Below are positions 54,801 to 64,000 of a stretch of 64,000 bases of DNA, one piece after another. The stretch is from Candidatus Latescibacterota bacterium. GTDB lineage: Bacteria > Latescibacterota > UBA2968. The notes under the pieces are model-generated. The model did not search any database. It saw only the letters and a list, made by a program, of their open reading frames with translations, and had not been told where the DNA came from. A program made the position numbers and the translations under genes. The stretch spans positions 4,410 to 68,409 of the forward strand of contig JBLHJX010000002.1 in the NCBI GenBank assembly GCA_047619225.1, read 5' to 3'. Within the stretch, counting starts at the first letter, position 1. Every line of letters begins with the position of its first letter.

Positions 54801-55192
54801 TTAACAACAACCTTCTTATCGCGTATTTGTGCTGCAAGTTTGCGCAAACCTTTTTCATCTTCTTGCGTCGGAACACCTATTGTTAATTGGTCTCTAAATT
54901 CTTCTGCCAATCGTTTTTTGAGCCTGAGAGCCGTTTGATTATCTATGCCGGGATTGCCATTTGAAATACTTTGAATCTGTCGCAACTCCTCCTGTGGCAT
55001 TCGTTGCATACCAATAAGGAGACGGCAACACTGATCTTTGCCACCAGACCATTGATCTACAGAGTTGGCAATTTGTTTCCAACCACGCAGGTTAAAATAT
55101 CCAACACAAAAATCACCACGATGTGAAACTTCAATCGTACTCTTCAATGCAGTGATCAAATGTTGGTTAATGTTGTCAAATATTTCAGGCAT
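51812..55192 (-). CDS. PLD/HKD-nuclease domain fused to SNF2-family helicase, with an uncharacterised C-terminal region
   Basis: 1126 aa. The HKD motif is HPLHAKLYLMF...GSSNLT. SNF2 motifs are DVVGLGKT, LVLIDESHNLRN and MLSATPYNK. The C-lobe has DVLSEGQNLQD and RAGRVDRIGQ. The last ~270 aa match no motif I know. Confidence 0.85.
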   Translation of the reverse strand: MPEIFDNINQHLITALKSTIEVSHRGDFCVGYFNLRGWKQIANSVDQWSGGKDQCCRLLIGMQRMPQEELRQIQSISNGNPGIDNQTALRLKKRLAEEFRDQLTIGVPTQEDEKGLRKLAAQIRDKKVVVKLFLKHPLHAKLYLMFREDPVSPIVGYLGSSNLTLSGLSYQGELNVDVLDQDACRKLSKWFDERWEDRWCIDISDELEQIIQESWAGEQTLSPYEIYLKMAYHLSKEAREGLTEFRIPRDFGNKLFDFQVAAVKIAAHHLNKRGGVLIGDVVGLGKTLMATALARIFQDDHYLSTLILCPKNLVGMWESYTREYGLHAMIVPFSQVIQLLPDVPARFRLVLIDESHNLRNRDGKRYRAIQEYIRQSESKVIMLSATPYNKTYLDLANQLRLFIPEEKDIGIRPERLMRDMGETQFMRRYQSPPRSLAAFEKSEYADDWRELMRLYLVRRTRSFIKGNYAKLDDEGREYLKLEDGTQSYFPIRLPKTVQFTIEDSNGEDQYARLYSEPVVRSINSLLLPRYGLGNYTISKPDQSPNGAEKTILQDLSRAGKGLMGFCRTNLFKRLESSGHAFTLSVERHILRNFIYLHAIESKAPIPIGTQDPGILDARLTDVDVDDVNAPGDLFEDDVTEVVEVQGTTLRKESDFLKRAEDVYAQYATKFRRRFRWIRSDLFNENLRKHLLKDARKLIQMLKTCGDWLPEKDVKLNLLEDLLIKQHPDEKVIVFTQFADTVSYLEQQLKKRGADQLSGVTGGSSDPTHLAHRFSPVSNDKQDQIAPEQTLRVLIATDVLSEGQNLQDAAIIVNFDLPWAIIRLIQRAGRVDRIGQLSERILCYSFLPAEGVERIINLRARVRQRLHENAEVVGTDESFFEDDDDEDIMRDLFTEKAGVLDGDDDTEIDLASYAYQIWKNATDRDPSLAKRVPELPSVVYATKPHNPNTAYPEGALVYVRTAEGNDALAWVDKGGNSITESQFSILRAAECGPETLPQLHHDNHHQMVLAGLKHIASESKSVGGTLGRPSGARFRVYERLKSYADRIKNTLFDTALLHRTIEEMYRYPMTNVATDTLNRQLRSGISDDNLAQLVIALREDNRLCVIHDDVQRQESRIICSMGLKQEV

Positions 55193-55219
55193 TAGAATTT
55201 ACCGAAGTGTTTTTTGAAC

Positions 55220-55248
55220 AATATAGGCCGCCAAACAAAGCTTGTCAA
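55220..55248 (-). promoter_or_regulatory. Sigma-70-type promoter for the helicase gene
   Basis: The minus strand reads TTGACA (55243-55248), a 17-nt spacer, then TATATT (55220-55225). It lies about 28 nt upstream of ATG 55192. Confidence 0.5.
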
Positions 55249-55253
55249 TCACA

Positions 55254-55288
55254 CAAAAAATGAGGGCAGATCATTTCTCTGCCCTCAT
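55254..55288 (-). terminator. Intrinsic terminator insulating the island from the upstream gene
   Basis: ATGAGGGCAGA (55260-55270) pairs with TCTGCCCTCAT (55278-55288) in an 11-bp perfect stem. The minus strand continues TTTTTTGTGTG. Confidence 0.7.
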
Positions 55289-55302
55289 TCTTCTTTCTTC
55301 TC

Positions 55303-55323
55303 ACGTCTTACGTCTTACGTCTC
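55303..55323. repeat. Heptanucleotide tandem repeat (ACGTCTT)x2 + ACGTCTC
   Basis: Units start at 55303, 55310 and 55317. The array lies between terminator 55254..55288 and the stop codon of 55334..56083. Confidence 0.85.
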
Positions 55324-55333
55324 ACCGCCTTTA

Positions 55334-56083
55334 TTATCCCGCCAACGCCCGCATCTTTTCCACACAATTTTTCAACGCAGGCACCGGGTTTTCAACATCG
55401 GCTTCATACTCAATCACAGCCATACCATCAAACCCACTCTTTTCAAGCCCATCCACAAAAGCCTTCAAATCCAACGTACCTTCACCCACCACCGTATCGT
55501 GCCATTGACCATTGGGATCAAATACAAAATCTTTGTAATGCACACCATAAATCTGCCCAGCAAAATCTTCTGTCCACTTCACGGGGTTGCCTTGGCGTGG
55601 ACCAATTTGCAATGCCCAAGCTGTATCAATGCACACACCAATCTCAGGGCCACCCAAACCAATCAAATGCTTCAACACACTGGGCTGCCCACCAAAGCTA
55701 TAACCACCATGGCAGTGAATACCCACTCGAATGCCATACTCTCGGCTCCAACCACGCACTTGTGCAATGGCCTTGGCATAAGATTCAAGCTGAAAATGAC
55801 AGGAAATATGTTTGGCACCTGCAATGGCCGCACACTCAAAAAAATCTTTGTCCGATGGATTGCCCGTAAACGTCTGCACACCGATCGAAATCACTGACAC
55901 ACCCGCATCTTCATACGTCTTCACCACATTTTTCCAACCCTCAGGGTCATTAAAATCGGCATGAACAGCACACACCTCAATTTTATCCAACCCAATGTCT
56001 TTCACCTTCTGTGCCACGTCGGCATTGTCTTTAAAATGACGAAAACAATAACTCTGAACCCCATAATCCAATGCTGCACTCAT
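55334..56083 (-). CDS. Sugar phosphate isomerase/epimerase (xylose isomerase-like TIM barrel)
   Basis: Track ORF extends to 56116; I use ATG 56083 with AAGGAG upstream. Translation begins MSAALDYGVQSYCFRHF and ends ...GMAVIEYE. Confidence 0.8.
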   Translation of the reverse strand: MSAALDYGVQSYCFRHFKDNADVAQKVKDIGLDKIEVCAVHADFNDPEGWKNVVKTYEDAGVSVISIGVQTFTGNPSDKDFFECAAIAGAKHISCHFQLESYAKAIAQVRGWSREYGIRVGIHCHGGYSFGGQPSVLKHLIGLGGPEIGVCIDTAWALQIGPRQGNPVKWTEDFAGQIYGVHYKDFVFDPNGQWHDTVVGEGTLDLKAFVDGLEKSGFDGMAVIEYEADVENPVPALKNCVEKMRALAG

Positions 56084-56438
56084 TTGAACCACTCCTTTTG
56101 ATTTGTTAAATAACACAAGGCTGAGTTGATATCCTTAATTGATTTTTTAAAAAGGAATCATAATACACCCATCAATAACAATACCCCAAAATAAAAACGC
56201 ATGCAAATCGACACACAGTATACACCATGACAAACCAGAGTGCAAGCAAATGTGAAAACAAGTGTTTCATATCCAAATCCATATTATCTTTGAGAATATC
56301 ATCATCTGCCTTTTTAATTTTCAACCCTTTTTTATATATCCACCCACGAACCTTTAGGAGATCGAAAAAGGTATTCCTCACGCATAACACACACACTTTT
56401 CGCCCTGTTTAGGGGGTTGGAAGGTCTAAGGAGAACAC

Positions 56439-57509
56439 ATGAACCCCATAAAATTTGCAATCATCGGTGCCGGCATGATTGGCGAGTTACACGCCAAAGT
56501 CATCTCCGAAATGGCAGATGCCGAATTGGTCGCCGTCTGTTCACGTGACTTCGATCGCGCAAAACGGATGACCGATTTATATGGTGGTGAACCCACCACC
56601 AGTTTTGAAGAACTCATTGCACGGGATGATATAGACGCAGTGTCTATATGTACAGCAAGCGGCGAACACGCATTATATGGCATCCCAGCAGCGCAAGCAG
56701 GCAAACATGTTATGGTCGAAAAACCTATTGATATTTCCCTTGAAAAAGCCGACGCATTAATTCAAACCTGCAATGCAAACAACGTAAAGTTAGGCGTCAT
56801 TTTTCAACTGAGATTTCTCGACATCTCACAAGAAGTAAAACAAGCCCTCGCAGACGGTATCCTTGGCAGTCTGGTCATGGCCGATTGTTATATGAAATTT
56901 TATCGCCCACAAGATTATTACGACAATTCCCGATGGAAAGGTACCATAGCTTTAGATGGTGGCGGTGCACTCATCAATCAAGGCGTCCACGGGTTGGATT
57001 TGCTCTTGTATTTGGCAGGCGATATAGCCTCAGTAAAAGCGTACACAAGCATGCTTGCACACAAAAACATTGAAGTGGAAGATACATGTGTCGCTGCCGT
57101 AAAATACACCAACGGTGCCCTCGGCGTGATTCAAGCAACAACCTCTATCCATCCCGACTTCCAACAACGCATCGAACTACACGGCACAGAAGGCACCATC
57201 ATCATCGAAGGCACAGAAGATCTCTGGATAGAACATTGGGAAACATTCAAAGACGGAAACCGAGAAACCGAAAGTAAAACCATCGAAGTATCAGGTGCTC
57301 ACGCTGTGCTCGAAGAAGGCGGTGAAGGACACCAGAGACAATTTGAAAATTTTATCACCGCCATTCGCAAAGACCAAGAACCATTGGTCAATGGCCCTGA
57401 AGGCAAAAGATCCTTATCAGTGGTTCGAGCAATTTACGAGAGCGCGACAAGTGGCGTGGAAATTGTGCTAAACCAATGTCAACAACCCAACACACAAAAA
57501 ACTTCCTAA
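56439..57509 (+). CDS. Gfo/Idh/MocA-family oxidoreductase
   Basis: 356 aa. MNPIKFAIIGAGMIGELHAK is a Rossmann start, and the block HVMVEKP is present. Confidence 0.85.
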   Translation: MNPIKFAIIGAGMIGELHAKVISEMADAELVAVCSRDFDRAKRMTDLYGGEPTTSFEELIARDDIDAVSICTASGEHALYGIPAAQAGKHVMVEKPIDISLEKADALIQTCNANNVKLGVIFQLRFLDISQEVKQALADGILGSLVMADCYMKFYRPQDYYDNSRWKGTIALDGGGALINQGVHGLDLLLYLAGDIASVKAYTSMLAHKNIEVEDTCVAAVKYTNGALGVIQATTSIHPDFQQRIELHGTEGTIIIEGTEDLWIEHWETFKDGNRETESKTIEVSGAHAVLEEGGEGHQRQFENFITAIRKDQEPLVNGPEGKRSLSVVRAIYESATSGVEIVLNQCQQPNTQKTS

Positions 57510-57595
57510 CCTATTGTCAGAAATAACAAAAGAGCCGCTCGAGAAGAAACTCGAACGGCTCTTTTTCAAAACGTAAAAATTATAAATACCAAAAG

Positions 57596-59086
57596 CTATG
57601 GCAAATCCGTCGCACCCATCAAATAACGATCCACCTCACGCGCCGCACCTCGGCCTTCTTTAAAGGCCCACACCACCAAGCTTTGACCGCGCCGCATATC
57701 CCCGGCAGCAAATACACCCGGAATGCTCGTGGTATAACTGCCTTCTTCGGCCTTGGCATTAGATCGCTCATCGCGTTCAACATTCAGCTCCTCTAAAACT
57801 GTATCTTCTGGTCCCAAAAAACCCATTGCCAAAAACACCAAATCAGCGGGAATCACCTTCGCGGTGCCTTCCACAGGTTTTGGAAATGGACGCCCCCCAT
57901 CACCAGCCACCCATTCGACCTGTGTGATATGCATCTCTTTGACCTGACCGTTTTCATCACCCAAAAATTTCGTAGCTGTGGTCAAATATTCACGTGGGTC
58001 ATCACCAAAAATAGCTTTGGCTTCTTCTTGGCCATAATCCAACATGTAGATATTGGGCCATTGTGGCCAGGGATTGTTGGCAGCGCGTGTTTCAGGCTTG
58101 CGTTCCATAATTTCAAATTGGGTAATGCTTTTGCACCCATGCCGCATGGAGGTGCCTACGCAGTCTGTACCCGTATCACCACCACCAATCACAATCACAT
58201 GTTTGTCTTTGGCCGAAATATAATTGCCATCTTCATGATTGGAGTCCAACAAACTTTTGGTATTGACTGTCAAAAAATCTACGGCAAAATGCATACCCTT
58301 TAAATCTCTGCCTTCAATAGGCAAATCGCGAGGTTTGGTCGCCCCACCGCACAACACAACCGCATCAAAATCATCCACCAATTGCTTGGCCGATATATCT
58401 TTGCCAATCTCCGTATTCGTTACAAATTCGACACCCGATTCGGCCATCAAATCTATGCGGCGTTGTACCACGCGCTCTTTCTCCAACTTCATATTCGGAA
58501 TGCCATACATCATCAAACCACCCACGCGGTCGGCACGTTCATACACCGTCACTTTATGCCCCGCTTTATTCAGCTGCGCCGCACACGAAAGCCCAGCAGG
58601 CCCAGAACCCACCACAGCCACGCGTTTGCCCGTGCGTTTTTCAGGAATATCGGGTGTCACCCAACCTTCTTCCCAACCCTTATCAATAATCGACACTTCA
58701 ATATTTTTGATCGTCACAGCAGGTTCGTTCAGGCCAAGCACACACGAACCTTCACACGGTGCCGGACAAACCCGACCGGTGAATTCTGGAAAATTATTCG
58801 TCTTATGCAAACGCTCAAGGGCTTCTTGCCACAACCCCCGATAGACAAGATCATTCCATTCTGGAATCAAATTGTTAACGGGGCACCCTGCTGCCGCAGG
58901 ACTCCCTATTGGCACACCCGTGTGGCAAAATGGAATGCCACAATCCATACACCGCGCACCCTGCTCACGATTTTTTTCTTCCGAATGATGATCGTGGAAC
59001 TCATTCCAATCTTTAATGCGTTCCTTAGGGTCTCTATCGGCCGGCAGCTCCCGCTGATATTCCATAAATCCGGTCGGTTTTCCCAT
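57596..59086 (-). CDS. gltD: Glutamate synthase (NADPH) small subunit
   Basis: 496 aa with N-terminal Cys clusters ([18 protein letters not shown]) and the dinucleotide sites [11 protein letters not shown] and [11 protein letters not shown]. Confidence 0.9.
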   Translation of the reverse strand: MGKPTGFMEYQRELPADRDPKERIKDWNEFHDHHSEEKNREQGARCMDCGIPFCHTGVPIGSPAAAGCPVNNLIPEWNDLVYRGLWQEALERLHKTNNFPEFTGRVCPAPCEGSCVLGLNEPAVTIKNIEVSIIDKGWEEGWVTPDIPEKRTGKRVAVVGSGPAGLSCAAQLNKAGHKVTVYERADRVGGLMMYGIPNMKLEKERVVQRRIDLMAESGVEFVTNTEIGKDISAKQLVDDFDAVVLCGGATKPRDLPIEGRDLKGMHFAVDFLTVNTKSLLDSNHEDGNYISAKDKHVIVIGGGDTGTDCVGTSMRHGCKSITQFEIMERKPETRAANNPWPQWPNIYMLDYGQEEAKAIFGDDPREYLTTATKFLGDENGQVKEMHITQVEWVAGDGGRPFPKPVEGTAKVIPADLVFLAMGFLGPEDTVLEELNVERDERSNAKAEEGSYTTSIPGVFAAGDMRRGQSLVVWAFKEGRGAAREVDRYLMGATDLP

Positions 59087-59163
59087 GCACTCTCCTTTAA
59101 ATCAGTTTTCAGCAATCAGCCATTCCACTTAAAACAAAAAAGCCAATTTCCGATCGCTATTGC

Positions 59164-62100
59164 CTACGCTTCTGCCTCTACACCTCGACGAAAGGCCTCA
59201 AGCCAAGCATCATCACCATCCAAACCTTCTTTTTTTGCTTCTTCAAATGCTGTCAAAATACGCCGATAAGGTTTCGGAAATACCTTTACAAACTTGGGCA
59301 ATGTTTCATCCCAATTGCTCAAAATTTTTAACGCCACAGTACTCTCGGTATAATCGGCATGTTTTTTAAGCATTAACTTCAATTCCTTAACATCCTCATC
59401 CAATACCACACGCTCCAAATCAACCAACTCAAGGTTGCAGCGGGTGTGGAAATCACCATCATCATCCAACACATACGCAATACCACCCGACATACCTGCT
59501 GCAAAATTGCGTCCCGTTTTGCCCAAAATAACGACCAAACCGCCCGTCATATATTCACACCCATGATCACCAATACCTTCAACCACCGTACGTGCCCCCG
59601 AGTTGCGAACACAGAAACGTTCACCCGCTTGTCCACGGATAAAAGCCTGCCCGTTGGTTGCCCCATAAAGAGACACATTGCCAATGATCACATTGTCTTC
59701 AGGTGAAAATGTAGATCCTTTGGGTGGATAAATGATGAGCTTGCTGCCACACAACCCCTTGCCGAAATAATCATTGGCATCACCCGCTATTCGAAATGTC
59801 AAACCAGGAGGCGTAAACGCCGCAAAGCTTTGACCGGCAGACCCTTCAAATGTGATGTCAATCGTATCTTCCGGCAAGCCATCTGGGCCAAACCGTCGGG
59901 TAACTTCACTGCCCAACAGGGTGCCTGTTACACGATTTGTATTTTTAATATCAAATGTGGCATGAACACGCGTACCATCTTTGAGCGCAGGTTCACACAG
60001 CTCAAGCAAAATCTGGTTATCTATCGCATTCTCAAGCCCATGATCTTGCTCCTGTTGGCAATACCGACCCACTTCTGGCCCCACATCGGGTTGATGTAAG
60101 ATCGCCGACAAATCCACCCCTTTGGCTTTCCAATGATTCACAGCCTTGTTGGGTTCAAGAAACTCTGTATGGCCAATCAATTCATTGATCGTGCGCACAC
60201 CCAACTGCGCCATAATCTCACGCATATCTTGAGCAATAAACTTTAAGAAATTCACCATCTGATCGGGCGTTCCCATAAATTTTTTGCGCAATTCGGGGTT
60301 CTGCGTGGCCACACCAACCGGGCACGTATCCAAATGACATACGCGCATCATAATACAACCCATCGCCACCAAACCCGTGGTCGCAAAACCAAATTCTTCG
60401 GCCCCCAACAGCGCCGCAACAATCACATCGCGGCCCGTTTTAAGCTGGCCATCTGTTTCCACCACAATGCGCGACCGCAAATTGTTTAACACCAATGTCT
60501 GATGTGTTTCGGCCACACCCAATTCCCAGGGCAAACCCGCATGTTTGATACTCGTTTGCGGAGAAGCACCCGTGCCACCATCCATCCCACTGATCAAAAC
60601 CACATCGGCATGCCCTTTGGCCACACCCGCAGCCACCACACCCACGCCCACTTCCGAAACCAGTTTCACATTGACGCGGGCTTTGTAGTTTGCATTTTTC
60701 AAATCGTGAATCAACTGTGCCAAATCTTCAATCGAATAGATATCGTGATGCGGGGGCGGTGAAATCAATTCCACACCCGGCGTGGCGTGGCGCACTTTGG
60801 CAATCCACGGATACACTTTCTTACCCGGCAACTCACCACCCTCACCAGGCTTGGCACCTTGTGCCATTTTAATTTGCAATTCTTGCGCATTCACCAAATA
60901 ATGACTCGTCACACCAAAACGACCAGACGCCACTTGCTTGATCGCACTGTTCTTAGAATCACCATTTTCTTCGAGTATATAACGCGCAGGGTCTTCGCCG
61001 CCTTCGCCCGTATTGCTCTTGGCACCCAAGCGATTCATTGCAATAGCCATTGCTTCATGGGCTTCTTGACTGATAGACCCATAGGACATGGCACCGCTTT
61101 TAAACCGTTTGGTAATCGCGTCAACAGACTCTACTTCTTCAATGGGAATCGGTTCATTTGCAAATTTGAGATCCAACAAGCCACGCAACGTACCAATATC
61201 TTTAGACTTGTCATTAATCAGTTGGGCATACTCTTTATACACACCAAAATCATTTGTGCGGGCAGCATGTTGCAACTTGTGAATCGTGAGCGGGTTAAAC
61301 AGGTGATGTTCTCCTTCTTGCCGCCACTGATATTGCCCACCCACACCCAGCGTGTTGCCATTGACCGAAATTTCTGGATACGCATCGTGATGACGCATCA
61401 AGGCTTCTTGGGCAATTACATCAAGCCCAATGCCTTCAACACGTGAATCGGTCCACGTAAAGTACTTATTAATCACATCCATCTTAATGCCAATGGCTTC
61501 AAAAATTTGCGCACCCCGATAAGACTTAATCGTAGAGATACCCATCTTTGCCATCACTTTAATCGTGCCCTTTGTGGCCGATTTGATATACCCTTTAACA
61601 GCATCTTTATACGTGATATCGGTCAACTGGTTTTCGTTGATCATATCGGCCAAGCTCTCAAATGCCATATAAGGATTAATGGCTTGTGCGCCATAACCAA
61701 TCAACAAACAAAAATGATGCACTTCTCGAGGTTCACCCGATTCGATAGCAATGCCCACTTGTGTGCGCTTGCCTTCACGAATCAAATAATGATGCAATCC
61801 AGCCATTGCCAACAAGGCTGGAATGGGCGCATGGTCTTGATCCACGTCCCGATCTGAAAGAACCAAAATGGTATACCCATCATCAATGGCTTTGTCTGCT
61901 GCGGCAAACAAATCGTCCATCGCTTTTTCCAAGTCACCTGTTTTTGCATCAAACAACATCGGAATCGTCGTAGCCCTTAACCCCTCTTGATCTACACTGG
62001 CCAATTTTTCAAGCTGTTCATTGGTGATAATAGGCGTTTTCAAACGAATCTGCCGACAACTTTCAGGCTCGGGCTTGAGCAAATTGCGCTCGGGTCCAAT

Positions 62101-63735
62101 GGTTGTTTCTGACGATGTGATCACTTCTTCTTTTAAAGGATCAAGCGGTGGATTGGTCACTTGAGCAAACAGTTGCTTAAAATAGTTGTAGAGCAGATGG
62201 GGCTTATTAGACAGCACAGCCAAAGGCGCATCATTGCCCATAGAACCCAATGGGTCACGCCCAAGGTGTGCCATAGGTCCTAAGAAGATTTTCAAATCTT
62301 CAAACGTATATCCAAATGCTTGTTGACGTTTCAATATCGTTGCATGATCGATCGGCGGCGCAATGGGCTCCACATCGGCCAATTTTTCAAGCGGCACCAA
62401 ATGTTGATCTAACCATTCACGATAGGGGTGCTCTGCTGCAATTTTTGTTTTTGCTTCATCATCACTGATAATGCTGCCCTTTTGCGTATCGATCAGCAAA
62501 ATTCGCCCAGGTAACAAACGCCCTTTGTGCGCAATGCGTTCGGGTTCAATGTCAACCACACCCGCTTCAGAACTCAAAATGAGAATATCATCTTTGGTCA
62601 CATAATACCGTGACGGGCGCAAACCATTGCGATCCAAACATGCACCCACAACAGTACCGTCCGTAAACCCAATAGACGCAGGGCCATCCCATGGCTCCAT
62701 GAGACTGGCATGATATTCATAAAAAGCTTTTTTATCATCACTCATGCTCTCGTGATTTTCCCATGGTTCAGGAATCATCATCATAGCGACATGAGGCAAT
62801 GAACGACCCGACAAAGATAAAAATTCAAAACAATTGTCAAATTTAGATGTATCAGACCCATCTTCATAAATAATAGGGAACAGTTTCTCTAAGTCATCCT
62901 TCCAAAGCTCCGATTCAAACATGGCTTGCCGCGTTTTCATCCAGTTATAATTGCCACGCACCGTATTGATTTCACCATTGTGAATCAAATAACGATACGG
63001 ATGCGACAATTCCCAGCTTGGAAAGGTATTGGTTGAAAAACGAGAGTGGACCAGTGCAATCGCAGTCTCCATCCGATGGTCTTCCAAATCGGGATAAAAC
63101 TCAGCCACCTGCATAGGTGTCAGCATACCCTTATAAACGATCGTTCGAGCCGACAGACTTGATATATAGAAATACTCGTCAACGCCCGCATATCGAATCA
63201 TGTTGGTAATACGCTTGCGAATCACATACAGCTTGCGCTCAAAGGCCAACACATCTTCTAAATCAGCACTGCGCCCAACAAACACCTGCCACACAATCGG
63301 CTCAGAAGATCGCGAGGTGGGGCCCAAATAAAAATTATCTGTTGGTACCTTACGCCAACCCAGTACCTCTTGCCCTTCATCTCGGATCACATCTTCAAAC
63401 TGAGCACGAATTTGGTTGCGCGCATCACGGTCACCATCATCCGTCAAAAACACCATCCCCACACCATAATGCCCCGGCTCAGGCAACGAAATATCCAATC
63501 CTTCACAAGCATGGGCAAAAAATCCGTGCGGAATTTGCAACAAAATACCCGCACCATCGCCTGTTGTATCTTCAGCGCCTCGAGCACCACGGTGGTCGAG
63601 ACAAACCAAAGACTCAAGTGCCATTTTTAAAATTTGATTGGACTTTTCACCCTTAATATTGACAACAAAACCAATGCCACAGGCATCGTGTTCATGTCTT
63701 GGGTCATAAAGCCCTTGCTTGGGAGGATATGCCAT
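59164..63735 (-). CDS. gltB: Glutamate synthase large subunit
   Basis: Track ORF extends to 63756; I use ATG 63735. It has the Ntn amidotransferase start [10 protein letters not shown], and the FMN, 3Fe-4S and GXGXG domains are collinear with GltB. Confidence 0.95.
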   Translation of the reverse strand: MAYPPKQGLYDPRHEHDACGIGFVVNIKGEKSNQILKMALESLVCLDHRGARGAEDTTGDGAGILLQIPHGFFAHACEGLDISLPEPGHYGVGMVFLTDDGDRDARNQIRAQFEDVIRDEGQEVLGWRKVPTDNFYLGPTSRSSEPIVWQVFVGRSADLEDVLAFERKLYVIRKRITNMIRYAGVDEYFYISSLSARTIVYKGMLTPMQVAEFYPDLEDHRMETAIALVHSRFSTNTFPSWELSHPYRYLIHNGEINTVRGNYNWMKTRQAMFESELWKDDLEKLFPIIYEDGSDTSKFDNCFEFLSLSGRSLPHVAMMMIPEPWENHESMSDDKKAFYEYHASLMEPWDGPASIGFTDGTVVGACLDRNGLRPSRYYVTKDDILILSSEAGVVDIEPERIAHKGRLLPGRILLIDTQKGSIISDDEAKTKIAAEHPYREWLDQHLVPLEKLADVEPIAPPIDHATILKRQQAFGYTFEDLKIFLGPMAHLGRDPLGSMGNDAPLAVLSNKPHLLYNYFKQLFAQVTNPPLDPLKEEVITSSETTIGPERNLLKPEPESCRQIRLKTPIITNEQLEKLASVDQEGLRATTIPMLFDAKTGDLEKAMDDLFAAADKAIDDGYTILVLSDRDVDQDHAPIPALLAMAGLHHYLIREGKRTQVGIAIESGEPREVHHFCLLIGYGAQAINPYMAFESLADMINENQLTDITYKDAVKGYIKSATKGTIKVMAKMGISTIKSYRGAQIFEAIGIKMDVINKYFTWTDSRVEGIGLDVIAQEALMRHHDAYPEISVNGNTLGVGGQYQWRQEGEHHLFNPLTIHKLQHAARTNDFGVYKEYAQLINDKSKDIGTLRGLLDLKFANEPIPIEEVESVDAITKRFKSGAMSYGSISQEAHEAMAIAMNRLGAKSNTGEGGEDPARYILEENGDSKNSAIKQVASGRFGVTSHYLVNAQELQIKMAQGAKPGEGGELPGKKVYPWIAKVRHATPGVELISPPPHHDIYSIEDLAQLIHDLKNANYKARVNVKLVSEVGVGVVAAGVAKGHADVVLISGMDGGTGASPQTSIKHAGLPWELGVAETHQTLVLNNLRSRIVVETDGQLKTGRDVIVAALLGAEEFGFATTGLVAMGCIMMRVCHLDTCPVGVATQNPELRKKFMGTPDQMVNFLKFIAQDMREIMAQLGVRTINELIGHTEFLEPNKAVNHWKAKGVDLSAILHQPDVGPEVGRYCQQEQDHGLENAIDNQILLELCEPALKDGTRVHATFDIKNTNRVTGTLLGSEVTRRFGPDGLPEDTIDITFEGSAGQSFAAFTPPGLTFRIAGDANDYFGKGLCGSKLIIYPPKGSTFSPEDNVIIGNVSLYGATNGQAFIRGQAGERFCVRNSGARTVVEGIGDHGCEYMTGGLVVILGKTGRNFAAGMSGGIAYVLDDDGDFHTRCNLELVDLERVVLDEDVKELKLMLKKHADYTESTVALKILSNWDETLPKFVKVFPKPYRRILTAFEEAKKEGLDGDDAWLEAFRRGVEAEA

Positions 63736-63967
63736 ATACAACCTCATTCTAATCAAATGATGTGTTCAACGAATCTGAAAAAATTAAGTATAGGTGCAAG
63801 CAGTGACCACTTACGCATTATGAATGTTTCTTATGCTTACATGTAATTAAAGTTTAATTTGTCATCCGTCAGTATTCTTACCAAAACAAGTATTCTTATC
63901 ATGAGATAAACGCATCAATCGCATGTCGTATAATAAGAATTTTTAATATAAAACGAAAAGAGGGGAC

Positions 63968-64000
63968 ATGCAAGTGCCCATTAAGAATGGGCCTCAGTCC
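63968..64000 (+). CDS. Possible start of a divergent gene running off the window
   Basis: ATG 63968 is preceded by AAGAGGGG. Only 11 codons are visible (MQVPIKNGPQS). Confidence 0.25.
   Translation, partial: MQVPIKNGPQS

Noticed and set aside
56172-56396. 74-aa minus-strand ORF in the divergent spacer between 55334..56083 and 56439..57509
   Set aside because: It has no RBS and odd Cys-rich composition, and it lies in A+T-rich promoter DNA. A small membrane protein cannot be excluded, but I cannot support one.
1-64000. tRNA, rRNA, tmRNA, RNase P or SRP RNA genes
   Set aside because: I found no stretch with the conserved T-loop (GGTTCGAATCC-like), rRNA-like blocks or other signature sequences of these RNAs. 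This was a scan by eye only.

Overview
This is a 64-kb chromosomal segment from an unidentified, sulfatase-rich bacterium, probably marine and polysaccharide-degrading. I saw no rRNA, tRNA or CRISPR array. I support about 60 protein genes.

Housekeeping and metabolic genes: gltB-gltD, thiI, thiL, a eukaryote-type hisA, an S1-like protein, arfB, copA, myo-inositol-1-phosphate synthase, an M29 aminopeptidase, three formylglycine-type sulfatases, two PhyH oxygenases and an enolase-superfamily dehydratase.

Signalling and stress genes: a sigma-54-driven pspA locus that also encodes three PspB-like membrane proteins, an ECF sigma factor, a TPR histidine kinase and an NtrC-type activator. There are also two paralogous membrane-anchored PP2C phosphatases.

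Most interesting observations:
(1) An A+T-richer accessory island lies at about 46.5-55.3 kb. It carries VapBC, a DUF2283 + mini-DprA pair, an interrupted N6-adenine methyltransferase, a DUF3800 protein and a 1126-aa PLD-nuclease::SNF2-helicase fusion. This restriction-like module fits no canonical defence type.
(2) A deiodinase-like selenoprotein gene (in-frame TGA plus SECIS-like hairpin) is split in two by the ORF track.
(3) There are two families of structured intergenic repeats and a terminator-bounded candidate ncRNA.
(4) Several genes are interrupted by single lesions (in-frame TAA, frameshift, A8 tract).

All family assignments come from motif recognition by eye. No database search or folding program could be run.
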